Part shown: in pieces, positions 63,412 through 64,000 of the stretch
Layout: the number at the start of each line of letters is the position of its first letter
How positions within the stretch are numbered: position 1 is the first letter of the stretch
Source: Hemiscyllium ocellatum
Lineage: Eukaryota
Direction: 5' to 3'
NCBI RefSeq assembly: GCF_020745735.1
Contig: NC_083422.1
Coordinates: 37,386,001 to 37,450,000 of the forward strand
DNA length: 64,000 nt
Position numbers and translations under genes: made by a program
Notes under the pieces: model-generated
The model's database searches: none
What the model was told of the DNA's origin: nothing
The model's input: only the letters and a program-made list of their open reading frames with translations

Positions 63412-64000
63412 TTTTCTTAATCAGAATCCTAGGACAGATTTTCTGTTCAATAATGTACTTACTTTATTGTGCCCTTACTCCTACTCCATTTAATCACCTT
63501 TCTTTCCACAAAATCTGGATCAGCCCTACAGTTGGTCGATCTAATCCCAGCTATTGAAAGAAAAGAGATCGATGGCTCAGGCAATAACAGGCCAACACTT
63601 TTTTTTTTAACTTTAGATTTTGAGCTTTTTCACATTCACTTCTGTGAGGACTCATTGAAAATCAATCAAGAGCAGGACTCTGATAAATTTCCTTCTCCTT
63701 TGCAGCTTAATATCACTAGAGCTAAAAGCAGCATTTGTACAACTGCCTCAACAGAGATTGGGAAAAATTGAGAATTGAACACGTGTTGTACCTTTATACT
63801 TCAGTACCATGTCATACTGTGCGTTAAATACATAGGTCGGCAGGGCAGCAGATGCCTCTTCTGTGAATAGTGGAGTTTGGATCTTTTCATTTTAGTGCTA
63901 GCAATAAGAGGCTGTGTGGAACACAGATCTCTGCTGTTCTTACCTAACAATGCAATGATCTAGCTATCTTAGGGCACTCCAACAGGTTGTAAAATATTAA

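Noticed and set aside
63706-63771. Third exon of the X-box gene
   Set aside because: Good acceptor, but the phase-0 frame stops after 21 codons and there is no convincing donor; not supportable.
37300-64000. SFXN4 expected downstream of PRDX3 from human synteny
   Set aside because: I recognised no sideroflexin-like exons by eye. This is not proof of absence; tBLASTn is needed.

Overview
Eukaryotic, repeat-rich vertebrate DNA. HE1-type SINEs and their partner CR1 LINEs point to a cartilaginous fish (shark); this is an inference. Two housekeeping genes sit head-to-head with 213 bp between their start codons. PRDX3 is complete on the + strand (7 coding exons, 26780-36836). LSM1 is on the - strand (exons 1-3 at 26521-26566, 4566-4634 and 32-147; the last exon lies outside the window) and is missed by the ORF track. 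The most striking structure is a 64-bp minisatellite of 26 units (24862-26540). Each unit copies the 3' end of LSM1 exon 1 plus its 5' splice site, so the real donor is followed by 23 intact decoy donors. Older, decayed units extend about 10 kb further into the intron between transposon insertions. The rest of the window is CR1/L2 LINEs, HE1 and tRNA SINEs, Penelope-like elements (many fold-back, with 13-16 bp TSDs and minimal hammerhead ribozyme motifs), and Gypsy and Harbinger relics. Near the right end is the 5' part of an unidentified spliced gene preceded by an RFX X-box.
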